A DNA stretch of 64,000 nt from Poseidonia sp. (GTDB taxonomy: Archaea; Thermoplasmatota; Poseidoniia; Poseidoniales; Poseidoniaceae): assembly GCA_965661285.1 (NCBI GenBank), contig CBFIDD010000006.1, positions 32,001-96,000 of the forward strand, read 5' to 3'. A program made the translations under genes and the position numbers. The notes below the pieces were generated by a model that searched no databases, had not been told where the DNA came from, and worked only from the letters and a program-made list of their open reading frames with translations. Below, piece after piece: positions 8,101-17,416 of this stretch. Positions within the stretch are counted from its first letter, which is position 1. Each line of letters begins with the position of its first letter.

Positions 8101-10567
8101 AAATGGACAAGACACCATCGGCATCTTCCATCGATGTGCAGTTGGCTGCATCGAACATCACGATGCCCTCTGCGTCGGAATTTACGCTGCATGCATCACC
8201 GCGCTGCCAGGTGAAGGAAGGGTTGTCACCGTGGGTGTGTTCAATGGCGATGACCGCTTTGGTCACGTGGTCCACTTCGTCACCGGGTGCGACGCGCGTG
8301 ATGAAGTTCCTGTACAGACCATCAGGTGCCGCGAGGCCACCCTCAAACGAGGCGTCCACGGCCCGTGTTTGCATGGCATAGGTGATGTCGATGTTGGAAA
8401 TTTTCACACGACCGGAACTGGCGGCCTTGACGCCGATTGGAATGTTGACCGTTCCGTCACCGTTTTCTGGGATGTGGTCGTTGAAAGCATCGACAAGCGT
8501 GGGGGCTTTCTTGACCACGGCACCGACCGGAGAATCGTCTGAGGCGACCACCGATGACTCGTTGAGGAATATATCGGATTCCCAATCGTACGTGCCGTCT
8601 CCACCGATGTCGAGCATCGGACGGTCGGGATAGCCCTCTTCATATTCGAGAATAAATTCGTCAATCGCCGGCGTTGCACCGTCGTTGGTTGACGTCATAA
8701 ACACGGCATAGCGCAGCGTATTGCCGGCCGCCTCGGTTGAGAAACTCGTTTCTTGATTGTTGCTGGCATCCAACCATGTGGTTCCGTTATCGTTGGAAAC
8801 AACCACCTGAAGACTCGTGCCCGGTGGCACATCAGCGGTCCACTGCGGTCGGACCTTCCCGACTTTCGTCCCCGTGTTAAAGGGAGGTGAGGTCCAGTCG
8901 CCAGAGGTTTGGTAGGCGGTGGCGTACTCAATGTCAACCCACCATGAAACGGCGGTTGAACCGATGAGTTGTGCCTTCCAAACGAGTTCCTTTCCTGGAT
9001 AGTTGAAGTGGATGGTGGATTCGGACTCCACCGGTTCCCAATGCGTTCCGTTGTCGGCTGAAATCCAGTAGTCGACACGGTCGCCGATGGATGCAGCAGA
9101 CCAGTAGGTTTCCACATTCGCTGAAAGAATATCATCGCCGGACTGAACGACTTCACCGTACCATGTGGTCGTGCCTGGGGCGGGTGTTGTTTCGTACATC
9201 CAACCTGTACCGAATTCACGGTAATAGAGGGTCGCTCCGGACCAGGTAGAGTAGCCGCAATCAACCGTCACGAAGCGCTCACCGTCAAACTGGAGGCCGT
9301 AGCCAAGGCGAGAGATTTGGCGGGTCGTGGACTCTGGAATAAGGGCAGAGGAGGTCCCGGACACCGACCATGCTTCGAGTTGATCACGGTCGTTGTAGGG
9401 TGAATCTTCTTGGCAGCGCATGTAGAACGTCGAGCCGTTCACTTCCAATCCACGCAGCATCTGCTTGGAGCCGCTGCCATAGCTGCCGCCACATTCCCAA
9501 CTGGAACCCGTGGCCGAAGTGTAGGTGTAGAACTCTTGGCTTCTGGTGTAGGTGGAGGTCCCGTCTCCTGCAAAGTCGTATGCGTACAAGCGATTCATGG
9601 CGTTGTGCGCCACCCAGACCTTACCGGTGTCCCGGTCGTAAGCGATGCCCGTGTATTCGCCTACCGAAGGTGATACGTCGTAGGAATCGATGCAGGTCCA
9701 CGTATCGTCTCGGGAGATATCCATCTCCATGATACGGTGGTAATTGACCGGAGCCGTGGAACCGTAGGTGTACCGATAACCGGAGAGGATTCCGAACAAA
9801 CGCTCGTCATCGGTGACCGTCCAGTCCCGGAATCCGTAGTAGGCGTAATAGGAGGACGAGTGCTTTTGAGGCAGCGTACAGGACGCTTTGTCAAGCGTGA
9901 TGACCGATTCTCGGGTGGCGTTGTTGGGGTAGAGGCGTTCAACGATGTTGTGGAAGTTGGACGACGACCACGTGGAGAGGAAAAGCCAGTCGTGATGTTT
10001 GAGGATAGCCCCCTGGCTTTGCGCCATGAAACTCGAGGATGTTTTCGTCAACTGTTGTGAATACAGGGATTCTGTGGCGTTGGACGTGTGGGGTTGACGA
10101 AGGGCGTAGGAACCGTTGTCCAACCACGCATCGGAATTGGCGTCAACATAGGCGTCGTTGCCGTGGGGGAGGAAATTTCGGCTGATGTTGTCCATGCCAA
10201 GTGTCAGGTCTCCCGAACGGTCATCGACGTTGCTCTCGGCACCTCGAATCCAGTGCACCCGGTCATCTGCAACAACCTGCGACCACCCGGTCGCAGAGGC
10301 ACCGGAAAGGGTCATGCTCACGTCGGTAACGTAGGCCCCACGGGGAAGAGAAACCGTTGCCCCCATGTCGGGATTCGCCCCTTGATACAGGGCGATGTGT
10401 TCCACCGAACCGTCGCTAAACTCGTAGACGTGGCGTGTGCCAGCGGCCGCTTCAGCCTCGGTGGAGAACAACTCTGCCATCGGACTGAGGGGCGTCAAGA
10501 ACATCAGCGATACGAGCAACAAGAAAGCGGCTCGGCCTCGGCGTGCTTGCTGTCCGCTACCTTGCAT
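5150..10567 (-). CDS. ~1,805-aa secreted, C-terminally membrane-anchored surface protein (beta-propeller-like region plus Ig-like sandwiches, Pro-rich and Trp-rich tail)
   Basis: Signal peptide (RRGRAAFLLLVSLMFLTPL) from ATG 10567, acidic beta-rich body, TM helix VFSVSLFIIALASVSFGMYAMVL followed by RRR, tail ending LPPTGLPDGWSQEQWNSYGWQF. Confidence 0.85.
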   Translation of the reverse strand: MQGSGQQARRGRAAFLLLVSLMFLTPLSPMAELFSTEAEAAAGTRHVYEFSDGSVEHIALYQGANPDMGATVSLPRGAYVTDVSMTLSGASATGWSQVVADDRVHWIRGAESNVDDRSGDLTLGMDNISRNFLPHGNDAYVDANSDAWLDNGSYALRQPHTSNATESLYSQQLTKTSSSFMAQSQGAILKHHDWLFLSTWSSSNFHNIVERLYPNNATRESVITLDKASCTLPQKHSSSYYAYYGFRDWTVTDDERLFGILSGYRYTYGSTAPVNYHRIMEMDISRDDTWTCIDSYDVSPSVGEYTGIAYDRDTGKVWVAHNAMNRLYAYDFAGDGTSTYTRSQEFYTYTSATGSSWECGGSYGSGSKQMLRGLEVNGSTFYMRCQEDSPYNDRDQLEAWSVSGTSSALIPESTTRQISRLGYGLQFDGERFVTVDCGYSTWSGATLYYREFGTGWMYETTPAPGTTTWYGEVVQSGDDILSANVETYWSAASIGDRVDYWISADNGTHWEPVESESTIHFNYPGKELVWKAQLIGSTAVSWWVDIEYATAYQTSGDWTSPPFNTGTKVGKVRPQWTADVPPGTSLQVVVSNDNGTTWLDASNNQETSFSTEAAGNTLRYAVFMTSTNDGATPAIDEFILEYEEGYPDRPMLDIGGDGTYDWESDIFLNESSVVASDDSPVGAVVKKAPTLVDAFNDHIPENGDGTVNIPIGVKAASSGRVKISNIDITYAMQTRAVDASFEGGLAAPDGLYRNFITRVAPGDEVDHVTKAVIAIEHTHGDNPSFTWQRGDACSVNSDAEGIVMFDAANCTSMEDADGVLSIWMPTKVNWSWDDESSAEAVITVEDDLGVAVNQWTTSEMELVVENDIQLDGLQVWEETGRQLFPMDWVRGGFNLSFSGSIHFQDSQLMPPAGSFSLRVIGQNVTFDGDPMGEPLVLYEEVNPAFGAYNMTFTSPIESQPGGMIFYVQAVDLENGSTYTNPNYNSIRLILDGNSPLVLSATPMDGEERHAGASGVGQSVSVTVQDSVDPPRQLNLHYWVGCKASDAIGCTDYNFDGLPNEDEYELMTLTSPETRAGGLNIFEGLIDDSMLLHKQRVSFYVSGEDEQNNEIAMGRGPVCPVSSITCGYRPGEVLPDWDADLVTYHIRQEFEPEVDLGNTTILGHDDYEPMHPGVPYTAQIKLSDANGWQDIQYVQVALAGDFDDDESSLFITLAKGEDGLPVAVMTSGSDNIAVSNLYSTVDLEEGDDTVVIIQARFQLTWMFPEAYDTDGVSHFLPRIKVTDMPCNENEVVPCFEVSEGFGDDWWSLDNDFRFDTQSGKIRAIELRNSVNHYNSENYETIIGAGQALRVSGRVLFAEDETPAPAGAFDVVFGDFENNWRTSTRDDGEFSLDLLVPAVRSGRLDLRLSMDDMPGLALDETAFSPRVRLAVDNSRPTIDSISLNGVPQGSPISIGQADNLEVILITNDENGFDFDEPAVLHYRVKAGEAEISRGSVLLPDITPFGQQFFWSGSLDLTDSGATTLLPSYAVDVWVSGSDEAGNPYDTQSNSMAEPFSSWPLALVGPRVDLQDASTTLQWDVPSPYVGETAKMIVTTDNLGGNGDVAFALQELVDGGFWSTVASVEVAASTGTSLTAALPIVADAPAGSSIDYRVIVLVDGVEMDRHTVDSLLIKEETVRDGEALTQQLSTDVFSVSLFIIALASVSFGMYAMVLRRRMLAPETEEEAADQTDVVAEEMNSSKAVPAIAQPPAPAAPVPAAPSAQVPPPPSGPDRSQPAPLPPTGLPDGWSQEQWNSYGWQFIDALSKK

Positions 10568-10631
10568 GGCTGGGACACGCCTTAAGCACCATTTGAACCA
10601 TGCGGTTTGAAGTCGGGACGGCTGGACGGCG

Positions 10632-13600
10632 TCAACTGGTTTGACGGGAATCGTAGCGTATCGGGGATGAATCTCCACGCACCCCGTCTTCTTCATCGTC
10701 GCGCACTTCGAACCAATCGTTCATCCAATCGCCGTCCGTGTCCCAGTTGATGGGACTGCTTCCCTCAGCCAGATGGTCGTCGTCAAAGTCGAGGAGATAC
10801 CAGCCATATTCATGCTCACCCACGCTTCTGACAGGGGGCGTGTTTGGCGAACCCGCATAGTAGATCTCCCATGCATCGGTACGGTTACCGGCCATCAGTA
10901 CGGTATCATCCGAGGCGTCAACGATGAGGAAGTTGGTGTCTTTGTCATCAACGATGTAGCCGTATTGATTATCAGGGCCACCAAATTTGTCCAACTTGAG
11001 GTAGTTCAACACCAGTTCGTTGGGTTGGCCCAACCCGAGGATGGCCGCCCTGAACTGCCAGCCTTCGGTGACCGGCATACCGTCATAGGTTAGCCCGCTC
11101 AAGCGAACGGCGTTCGGAGAAGCGTAGTCACTGGTCGTGATGGCGTAAAATTCCTGGAAATTCGTGTACGACTCGTAGGTACAGCCCGCGCCCGAACAGT
11201 CCCAATTTCCGTCTTGGTCGGGGTCGAGGTTGGCATCGTCCGGGTCAGCCGGGTCAAGCGTGAACCAGGTGAATTCGGTATCCGGTCGAGCAAGTGTACC
11301 TCCTGAACCGTCTTGGGAGAGGGGGAGACAGGAATTCGTATCGGTGTTGCAGGGCCCACCGGTCGCAACATCAATCCAGACAACCCGAATATCAAGATAA
11401 GAACTGAAGTTGTCGTTGCTCTCGTTCCAAGCCATCTTGTACTCGTACCAGTCGGGCAACATATCGCCGTCGCTGTCGTTATCGCTCGGGTTTGACCCGT
11501 ACTTGAAGACCTCCCGACCGTCGGAGTAGTTGTAATCTCTGACATGGGAGACAACCGCCCCGTTCACGGTGGTTGTGATGTAGGTACGACTGTCCTCGTC
11601 GCTATCGTTGAGGTCAGGACGGGTTTGGTTGTCGTACTCCATGAAATTGGTGAACGGAAGGTTGCCGACGCCGTTTTGAACCGCGACACCGGAGGGTGTG
11701 AAGACGCGGTCTTCCCAGGAACCTTGGGTTGCTGGAATGTCGAAACTGGTGCGGTCGTACCATCCATCATGGTCACCATCGTAGTCCACATCCCAAGGGT
11801 TGAGGGGGTTCGCAGCCCAGTGATTTTGTGTGGTGATGTCATCCATGCCGTACGTCGCATAGCAATATTCCCACCCGTCTGGAATGCCGTCGCTGTCCGA
11901 GTCAGGGTGGGTAGGGTCAGCGACACCACGCAGACTTCGATTGAAATTTTCCGCATCGAGTGAATTGATTTTCGCCATTCTGTCAACCGATTCCCGTCCC
12001 TTCTTCACGAAGTCTTGATACAGGGCCTGTTGTGCTTGGAGTGGCGTAAATCCGAGTTCTTCCTGATAGGCAGCCATGGCGTCTTCACCGAAGTCGATGA
12101 TGCCCAGATTCGCAGGAACCGTGTTCCGAGTGAGGAATTTCCCCCATGTTCGAGATTCCCATTCACGAAGATTGCTGAAGGTCTCGTTGGCGTCGATCTC
12201 ACCGTCGCCATTGCAGTCGAAGCTGTCCTGGTCGGAATCCAGATTCACATCCCCATCGATGAGTGGATTGATCGACCATCGGTTTTCGTCAAGGTCCCAC
12301 GATGTGAACCAATACTCAAACCCGTCATACATGCCATCCCCGTCGGTGTCAGCGATGGTAGGGTCGGTCATACCGAGCACGACTTCGATGAAGGCATTGG
12401 GTGGCTCACCTTGCTGCCATGCGTTGAAATCGTTCAGCAAGCGCTTTCCTCTCGTTTCTTTTGAGATGAGGATGTTGAAAACACGTTGAGCTTTTTCCGT
12501 GGGTTGTTGGAAATCACCGTCAACGTGCATCAACGGCGCATCGCTGGGGTGCTCCATACCGTTATCGGGTTGCTCGGAAGCAAGCGCAAACTCTTGGCGG
12601 TCGATCAGACCATCTTCATCCCCGTCAAAGTCGCCATCGCCAGCAACAAGTGGATTCAACGTCCATGTCCCCGCTGTGACATTCCATGAGGTAAACAGGA
12701 GTTCAACGCCGTCCAGCATGCCATCACCGTCCGTGTCCACATTGTTGGGGTCGGCGGTGAACCCGGTAAGGTTGGTTTGGTTCTCCGAGAGGAAATCACC
12801 AAATGAGAGCGTGGTTGAAATGCCTGGCCATTGTTGCAGGGCATAGGCTGTCCCGATGGTGGTGACAAACCACTGGGGAGATGAGCGGTTGGCGTCGGTT
12901 TGGGACAGCAGCGGCGAGATCACGTTGTATTCTTCCCAGTTGGTCATGCCGTCATCGTCGGCGTCTTGCCAGCGGTCGGTTGAATCCAACGGATTGAGGG
13001 TCCACGCATCGTCAAGAAGATTCCATCGAGCAAACCAAATTTCCCACCCGTCTGGCATACCGTCATCATCGGTGTCGGCATTGAGCGGGTCGGAGGCACC
13101 GATGCTGTAGGAGGAAAGCCCCGCTGTCACGGACCCGGAGGCTCGGTCGGCAAACGTGTCATCGGGAACGCCTTGGTCGCTGATGTGGTCAAAGAGTTGC
13201 GTGGTAAATCCTTCAGGCAACGTATCACCGTCGAGGGTTTGATTCCCGTTGAACAAGTCCGAGCGGATGTGATACTCGAGATAGTTGACAAAGGCTTCGT
13301 CCTGTGAGAGAACGCCGTCTCGATTGATGTCATAGCCATCACCGTCGGGGTTTTCAAAGGCATCAGACCCGTTGAGTGGATTGACCCCGACACGCGTGGG
13401 GTCCCACGAGCAGAGGCCTTTGGATTCCCAGCCATCAGGGAGCGTATCGCCGTCAGAATCCACCAAATTAGGGTCGGCGACCGACCAGCCTTCAGCGGCC
13501 TCGGGAGATTCACCGTACAACTCGAACAATTCACCGTTGATGCCCATCAAGCGGACAACGGACCACTGGTATTCGCACAGGTTGGGCAGACCATCTCCGT

Positions 13601-16382
13601 CAGCATCCCAGTTGGCGTCTTCGGGACGAAGCGGGTCAAGACTCCAATTGTTTCCACCCGAGAAGGTGTCGCCAACCCATCGGCGATGTTCTATTTCCCA
13701 ACCGTCGGGCATACCGTCCCCATCTGTGTCATGGTTGGTCGGGTCCGTGGCGGCGTCAACGTTAGCCATCGAGAGGTAGGTGGCATTGGCTGCAGCACCT
13801 TTGGCCTCGTCGCAAACATAGACCATTTGAACCGTGTAATGGCACCAAAGGTTGCTCTGTTCGAAGAAGAAGCCGTAATATTCTGCCCCGTCTCCAAGGC
13901 CGTCACCGTCGGTATCGCCCTCCCTTGGGTCGGTTGCGTTGTAGCCTTCCGGCGTGATGCTTGTGTAGCGGAACTCGTCAAGATTGGTCCACAATCGCTC
14001 AAGGGTCATGTCGCCCGACTGGTCAAGGTCAAGACCGTCGGCGTCGTTGTCATACAGCGCATCCCAAGGGTCGGTTGGGTCAAGTCCGTGCACAACCTCC
14101 CAACCGTCGGGCATCCCGTCTGCATCGGAGTCGTTCGCACCGGGATCCATGAGAAGCAGGTTGGCGTACCGACCCGGCGAGACTGCGCCGTAGACCGTCA
14201 CGTTCCCTTCTCTAACAGATGTCGCAAGGGCGACAATCTCCCCTGGCAGTCTCGTTTGGTCTTGCAGCCCGTAAACGGCCGTGTAGTCCCCGGCCAGCGC
14301 CCACAAGCCCCACTCAGAGCCCACGAGCAACTCGTCCCCGGTCGGATGAATCGTGTGAATGTTGTTGGTTTGGCGGGAGAGTTTACCGTCAACGCCGGGA
14401 TGGGCCATGAGGCCGCTGTGTTCGATAAAATCGTCGTTGAGGTCCAGTTTGTGAAGCCCAGCAGGCGTACCAAACCAAAGCGCCTGTGCGTTGGATGGCG
14501 TTGGACCATCGAGCACCATGTCTCGAACTTCAGCGGGGTTTTCGCTGGAGCCAAGGGGCAAACTTCGAACTTCGTCAACGTTGGTTGGAATAGGGTTGGT
14601 TTCAGGCGTGAAAAAGAAGCGCCACGATCCCGCAGTATCGTCTCGAGCAGAGGGTGTATCCACAATGAACATGCCTCGGTCGGTCCCCACAAAGAGATGG
14701 AATGTCGTGCCTCCAACCATGCCGTGCTGAATGGAGGAGACGGTGGCGTTGGCCTCGGACAATCCGGCCACCAGACCGGTGCCGAGTTCAAAGGTGGTGG
14801 CGATGGCAGCGGTGCTGTCGATTTCAACAATGGCACCTGCACCTGCTTGGCCCAGTCCAATGGCATGCAGGTTCACGTCTTCACCAGCGAGCGGCGAGAC
14901 AGCATGAAGCGGCTCGGTGAGACTCCAGTCCCACGTCGCCACGCTACCAAGACTGCCATCAGCCAAAAGCGGCGCCACGGCGAAACCGACACTCGTCCCC
15001 ATCACAACAGCGTACGGCGTGGCGCCCGAGAAAGCGAGGAAACCGTCGTGGAGCAGGACGCCTTGAGGTAGCCAGTGATGACTCTGTGTGTTCGATTCCT
15101 CATCGAGAACACTCACCCCGTATTTGGTCATGGCGTAGACAGCCCCGTCGTGTTCCTCTAAGGCACGAATATCATGATGCATCACGGCGAGAACATCTTC
15201 GGGGACGTCATAGACCAGCGGCATGGTTTCAAAGCCGAGTTCATCACCAACAAGCGTGGTCTTGAGGCCGGGGTAGACGGTGTTGCCGTCGTCGTAGTGA
15301 ACGAGGTATTCCTCGAGCGTGGACAACGCCTCGCCGAGGTTCAGTGCCGTTTCGGTGCGAGCCAAATCCTCGCTGATACCACCGTCTCGGTTCGCATCCC
15401 AACCGTCCATATCCGGGTCTTCGAGGGCGTTTGAACGGTTCAAGGGGTCGAGGCCGAAATGAACTTCCCATCCGTCTGGAATACCGTCGCCGAACGATGG
15501 GTACAAAGGTCGAATCGAAAAGCCGTCCCAAAGATACCGGTCAGAATCGTCCAGCACCGGGTCGGTGCCCAACCACAAGTCCTCGCCGACCGGATTGACG
15601 GCTCGTGTAGTGCAGGCCTCCAAGAGATTGTGGAAGGTTGCATTATTGCCCGATGGGAGGTACGGCCAGTTCTTCAACACGGCCCCCTCGGGCAGCGTCG
15701 CATGGCACCAAAGACCGTCGAGTTCAGCAGTGAAATTGGACGGCGTGCCGTGCGCATACTCTTCGGGAGCCGTGTACCGCTCGGCATCGCTGAGGACGCC
15801 GTCCCTGTCGACATCAAAGCCGTCGTTGTCTCCGTCGAGGGTCAGATCGCTCCCGTTCAGTGGGTCAAACGACGGGCAGGAGTATCGCAGTGCAAGGGGG
15901 TCAAATCCACCCATGCGATGACACATGTAGGCTTCGTACCCGTCGGGCATCCCGTCGCCGTCGGAATCCGAAACACGAGGGTCAAGATAAATCCGGTCGC
16001 TGTTTTCGTCAAGTTGACCGGTCAAGCCTCTTGGGAATCCAGGGGCTGTGCAGTTGGCAGGGTAAGGCCAACAGAACTCTTCCGTGGCGTTCAATCCGTC
16101 TCGGTCTCGGTCGGTCGATGCATCCGAGGCGTTGTTTTTGTCAAGGCCGGGAATCACCACATCACGGCCGTCAACCGCCGTCCAATTCATCCACTCTTCA
16201 AACAGGGTTTCGTGAACATCGGGAATCAAATCGCCGTCCGTGTCAGTGTTTGGTGGAGGCGTTCCGTCCGTTTGGTCCGGGTGGATGTTGGACACGTTCG
16301 AGATGGTTGGAAACTGCGACATGAACAGAAGGCTCGCAATCACGGCAAGCGTGGTCAAGATGGTTGTTTGACTTCGTCGCAT
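10632..16382 (-). CDS. ~1,916-aa extracellular protein with about 25 DxDxDG (TSP3-like, putative Ca2+-binding) motifs and a central beta-propeller-like insert
   Basis: ATG 16382 after GGTGAG, N-terminal signal or anchor, recurring D[ST]DGDGMPDGWE...L[DN]P units, no C-terminal TM. Confidence 0.88.
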   Translation of the reverse strand: MRRSQTTILTTLAVIASLLFMSQFPTISNVSNIHPDQTDGTPPPNTDTDGDLIPDVHETLFEEWMNWTAVDGRDVVIPGLDKNNASDASTDRDRDGLNATEEFCWPYPANCTAPGFPRGLTGQLDENSDRIYLDPRVSDSDGDGMPDGYEAYMCHRMGGFDPLALRYSCPSFDPLNGSDLTLDGDNDGFDVDRDGVLSDAERYTAPEEYAHGTPSNFTAELDGLWCHATLPEGAVLKNWPYLPSGNNATFHNLLEACTTRAVNPVGEDLWLGTDPVLDDSDRYLWDGFSIRPLYPSFGDGIPDGWEVHFGLDPLNRSNALEDPDMDGWDANRDGGISEDLARTETALNLGEALSTLEEYLVHYDDGNTVYPGLKTTLVGDELGFETMPLVYDVPEDVLAVMHHDIRALEEHDGAVYAMTKYGVSVLDEESNTQSHHWLPQGVLLHDGFLAFSGATPYAVVMGTSVGFAVAPLLADGSLGSVATWDWSLTEPLHAVSPLAGEDVNLHAIGLGQAGAGAIVEIDSTAAIATTFELGTGLVAGLSEANATVSSIQHGMVGGTTFHLFVGTDRGMFIVDTPSARDDTAGSWRFFFTPETNPIPTNVDEVRSLPLGSSENPAEVRDMVLDGPTPSNAQALWFGTPAGLHKLDLNDDFIEHSGLMAHPGVDGKLSRQTNNIHTIHPTGDELLVGSEWGLWALAGDYTAVYGLQDQTRLPGEIVALATSVREGNVTVYGAVSPGRYANLLLMDPGANDSDADGMPDGWEVVHGLDPTDPWDALYDNDADGLDLDQSGDMTLERLWTNLDEFRYTSITPEGYNATDPREGDTDGDGLGDGAEYYGFFFEQSNLWCHYTVQMVYVCDEAKGAAANATYLSMANVDAATDPTNHDTDGDGMPDGWEIEHRRWVGDTFSGGNNWSLDPLRPEDANWDADGDGLPNLCEYQWSVVRLMGINGELFELYGESPEAAEGWSVADPNLVDSDGDTLPDGWESKGLCSWDPTRVGVNPLNGSDAFENPDGDGYDINRDGVLSQDEAFVNYLEYHIRSDLFNGNQTLDGDTLPEGFTTQLFDHISDQGVPDDTFADRASGSVTAGLSSYSIGASDPLNADTDDDGMPDGWEIWFARWNLLDDAWTLNPLDSTDRWQDADDDGMTNWEEYNVISPLLSQTDANRSSPQWFVTTIGTAYALQQWPGISTTLSFGDFLSENQTNLTGFTADPNNVDTDGDGMLDGVELLFTSWNVTAGTWTLNPLVAGDGDFDGDEDGLIDRQEFALASEQPDNGMEHPSDAPLMHVDGDFQQPTEKAQRVFNILISKETRGKRLLNDFNAWQQGEPPNAFIEVVLGMTDPTIADTDGDGMYDGFEYWFTSWDLDENRWSINPLIDGDVNLDSDQDSFDCNGDGEIDANETFSNLREWESRTWGKFLTRNTVPANLGIIDFGEDAMAAYQEELGFTPLQAQQALYQDFVKKGRESVDRMAKINSLDAENFNRSLRGVADPTHPDSDSDGIPDGWEYCYATYGMDDITTQNHWAANPLNPWDVDYDGDHDGWYDRTSFDIPATQGSWEDRVFTPSGVAVQNGVGNLPFTNFMEYDNQTRPDLNDSDEDSRTYITTTVNGAVVSHVRDYNYSDGREVFKYGSNPSDNDSDGDMLPDWYEYKMAWNESNDNFSSYLDIRVVWIDVATGGPCNTDTNSCLPLSQDGSGGTLARPDTEFTWFTLDPADPDDANLDPDQDGNWDCSGAGCTYESYTNFQEFYAITTSDYASPNAVRLSGLTYDGMPVTEGWQFRAAILGLGQPNELVLNYLKLDKFGGPDNQYGYIVDDKDTNFLIVDASDDTVLMAGNRTDAWEIYYAGSPNTPPVRSVGEHEYGWYLLDFDDDHLAEGSSPINWDTDGDWMNDWFEVRDDEEDGVRGDSSPIRYDSRQTS

Positions 16383-16571
16383 GCACTCACCGTCAGGAAA
16401 GGCTACGCTTCCCTCTCTTCTCACTCTGCCAAGATTGCTTATGAGGGTGATGGAACAATGTTCATACAAATCGCTGTTCCAAACGGTGATTTTCATGAGA
16501 AAAACATCATCTTAACACCTCTTCGTATCGGTGCATTCAAGTCCCTCCCGCGCCGGAATGACGTTGTTCGC

Positions 16572-17384
16572 ATGACCATGACCATCACCCATCTGGGCAC
16601 CGGCAGCCGTGGCAACTCGACCCTGCTCGAGACGCCGCATGCCAAGGTGTTGGTGGACCAAGGGTTCAGCGGTGCGCAACTGGCAAAGCGACTTGCTCGA
16701 TTAAACCTCAAGCCGGAAGACATCGATTGCGTGTTCATCTCGCACCATCACGGCGATCATGGGGGGGGCGCTCGGGTCCTCCAAACCCGTTGGAACATAC
16801 CGGTCCTCGCCAACGAGCGGACGGCGCTGGAGCTCGACTTAATTCCGGAATTGACCACGTTTTTCGAGGGCCTCGACCTCGTTCGGGTGGGCGAGGATTT
16901 GGCCGTCCTTCCGGTACCTGTCCCCCACGACGGCTCGGACAACGTGGCGTTTGTCGCAAGCCACGGCGGAGAACGAGCGGCCATCATCACCGACCTCGGC
17001 TCGTGGACAGACGAGTTGGTCACCCATGTACGCGGCTGCGAACACATTTCCATCGAGGCCAATTATGACCATAACAAGCTCATGTACGGCCCCTATCCTT
17101 ATTCACTCAAAGACCGAATCTCCGGTCGTGGAGGCCACCTGTCGAACGAACAGACGGGCCAATTCTTGGCCGAAGTGTGCACCGAACAAACTCGAAGCAT
17201 CACCCTGACCCACCTCAGCGAAAAGAACAACCGACCGCATCTCGCAGAGTCAACCGTGTTGTATTACATCGACGATGTGTTCTCCGGAGACCTGCGAATC
17301 TCTGCCCAAAACGGGCCTGATTTCGCCCACTATATCGGGAAATCTCAAACGATTTCAGAGGTTGAAAAAACGGCGACCAACTGA
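16572..17384 (+). CDS. MBL-fold metallo-hydrolase, YycJ/WalJ-like
   Basis: LGTGSRGN, LVDQG, SHHHGDH (HxHxDH), VPHD, ITDLG, IEANYD, GHLSN, LTHLSEKNN. The 641-aa ORF-track call is an antisense extension of this gene. Confidence 0.88.
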   Translation: MTMTITHLGTGSRGNSTLLETPHAKVLVDQGFSGAQLAKRLARLNLKPEDIDCVFISHHHGDHGGGARVLQTRWNIPVLANERTALELDLIPELTTFFEGLDLVRVGEDLAVLPVPVPHDGSDNVAFVASHGGERAAIITDLGSWTDELVTHVRGCEHISIEANYDHNKLMYGPYPYSLKDRISGRGGHLSNEQTGQFLAEVCTEQTRSITLTHLSEKNNRPHLAESTVLYYIDDVFSGDLRISAQNGPDFAHYIGKSQTISEVEKTATN

Positions 17385-17416
17385 CCCATGGTGCCGACTT
17401 TGGGGTGAATGGCTAA

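Noticed and set aside
13686-15071. 461-aa + strand ORF, and similar long antisense ORFs (6986-7696, 44051-45178, 52386-53387, 58317-59150)
   Set aside because: They lie opposite well-supported genes, have no motifs, and show the V/G/H/R-rich composition typical of shadow frames.
10632-16382. Recurring DNA words such as CCCAACCGTCGGGCAT as a CRISPR or tandem repeat
   Set aside because: They are degenerate, irregularly spaced and in frame, and simply encode the MPDGWE protein repeats.
15459-16571. 371-codon N-terminal extension of the MBL ORF (641-aa call)
   Set aside because: Mostly an antisense shadow of the giant DxDGDG gene plus the divergent promoter region. MBL similarity starts at 16572.
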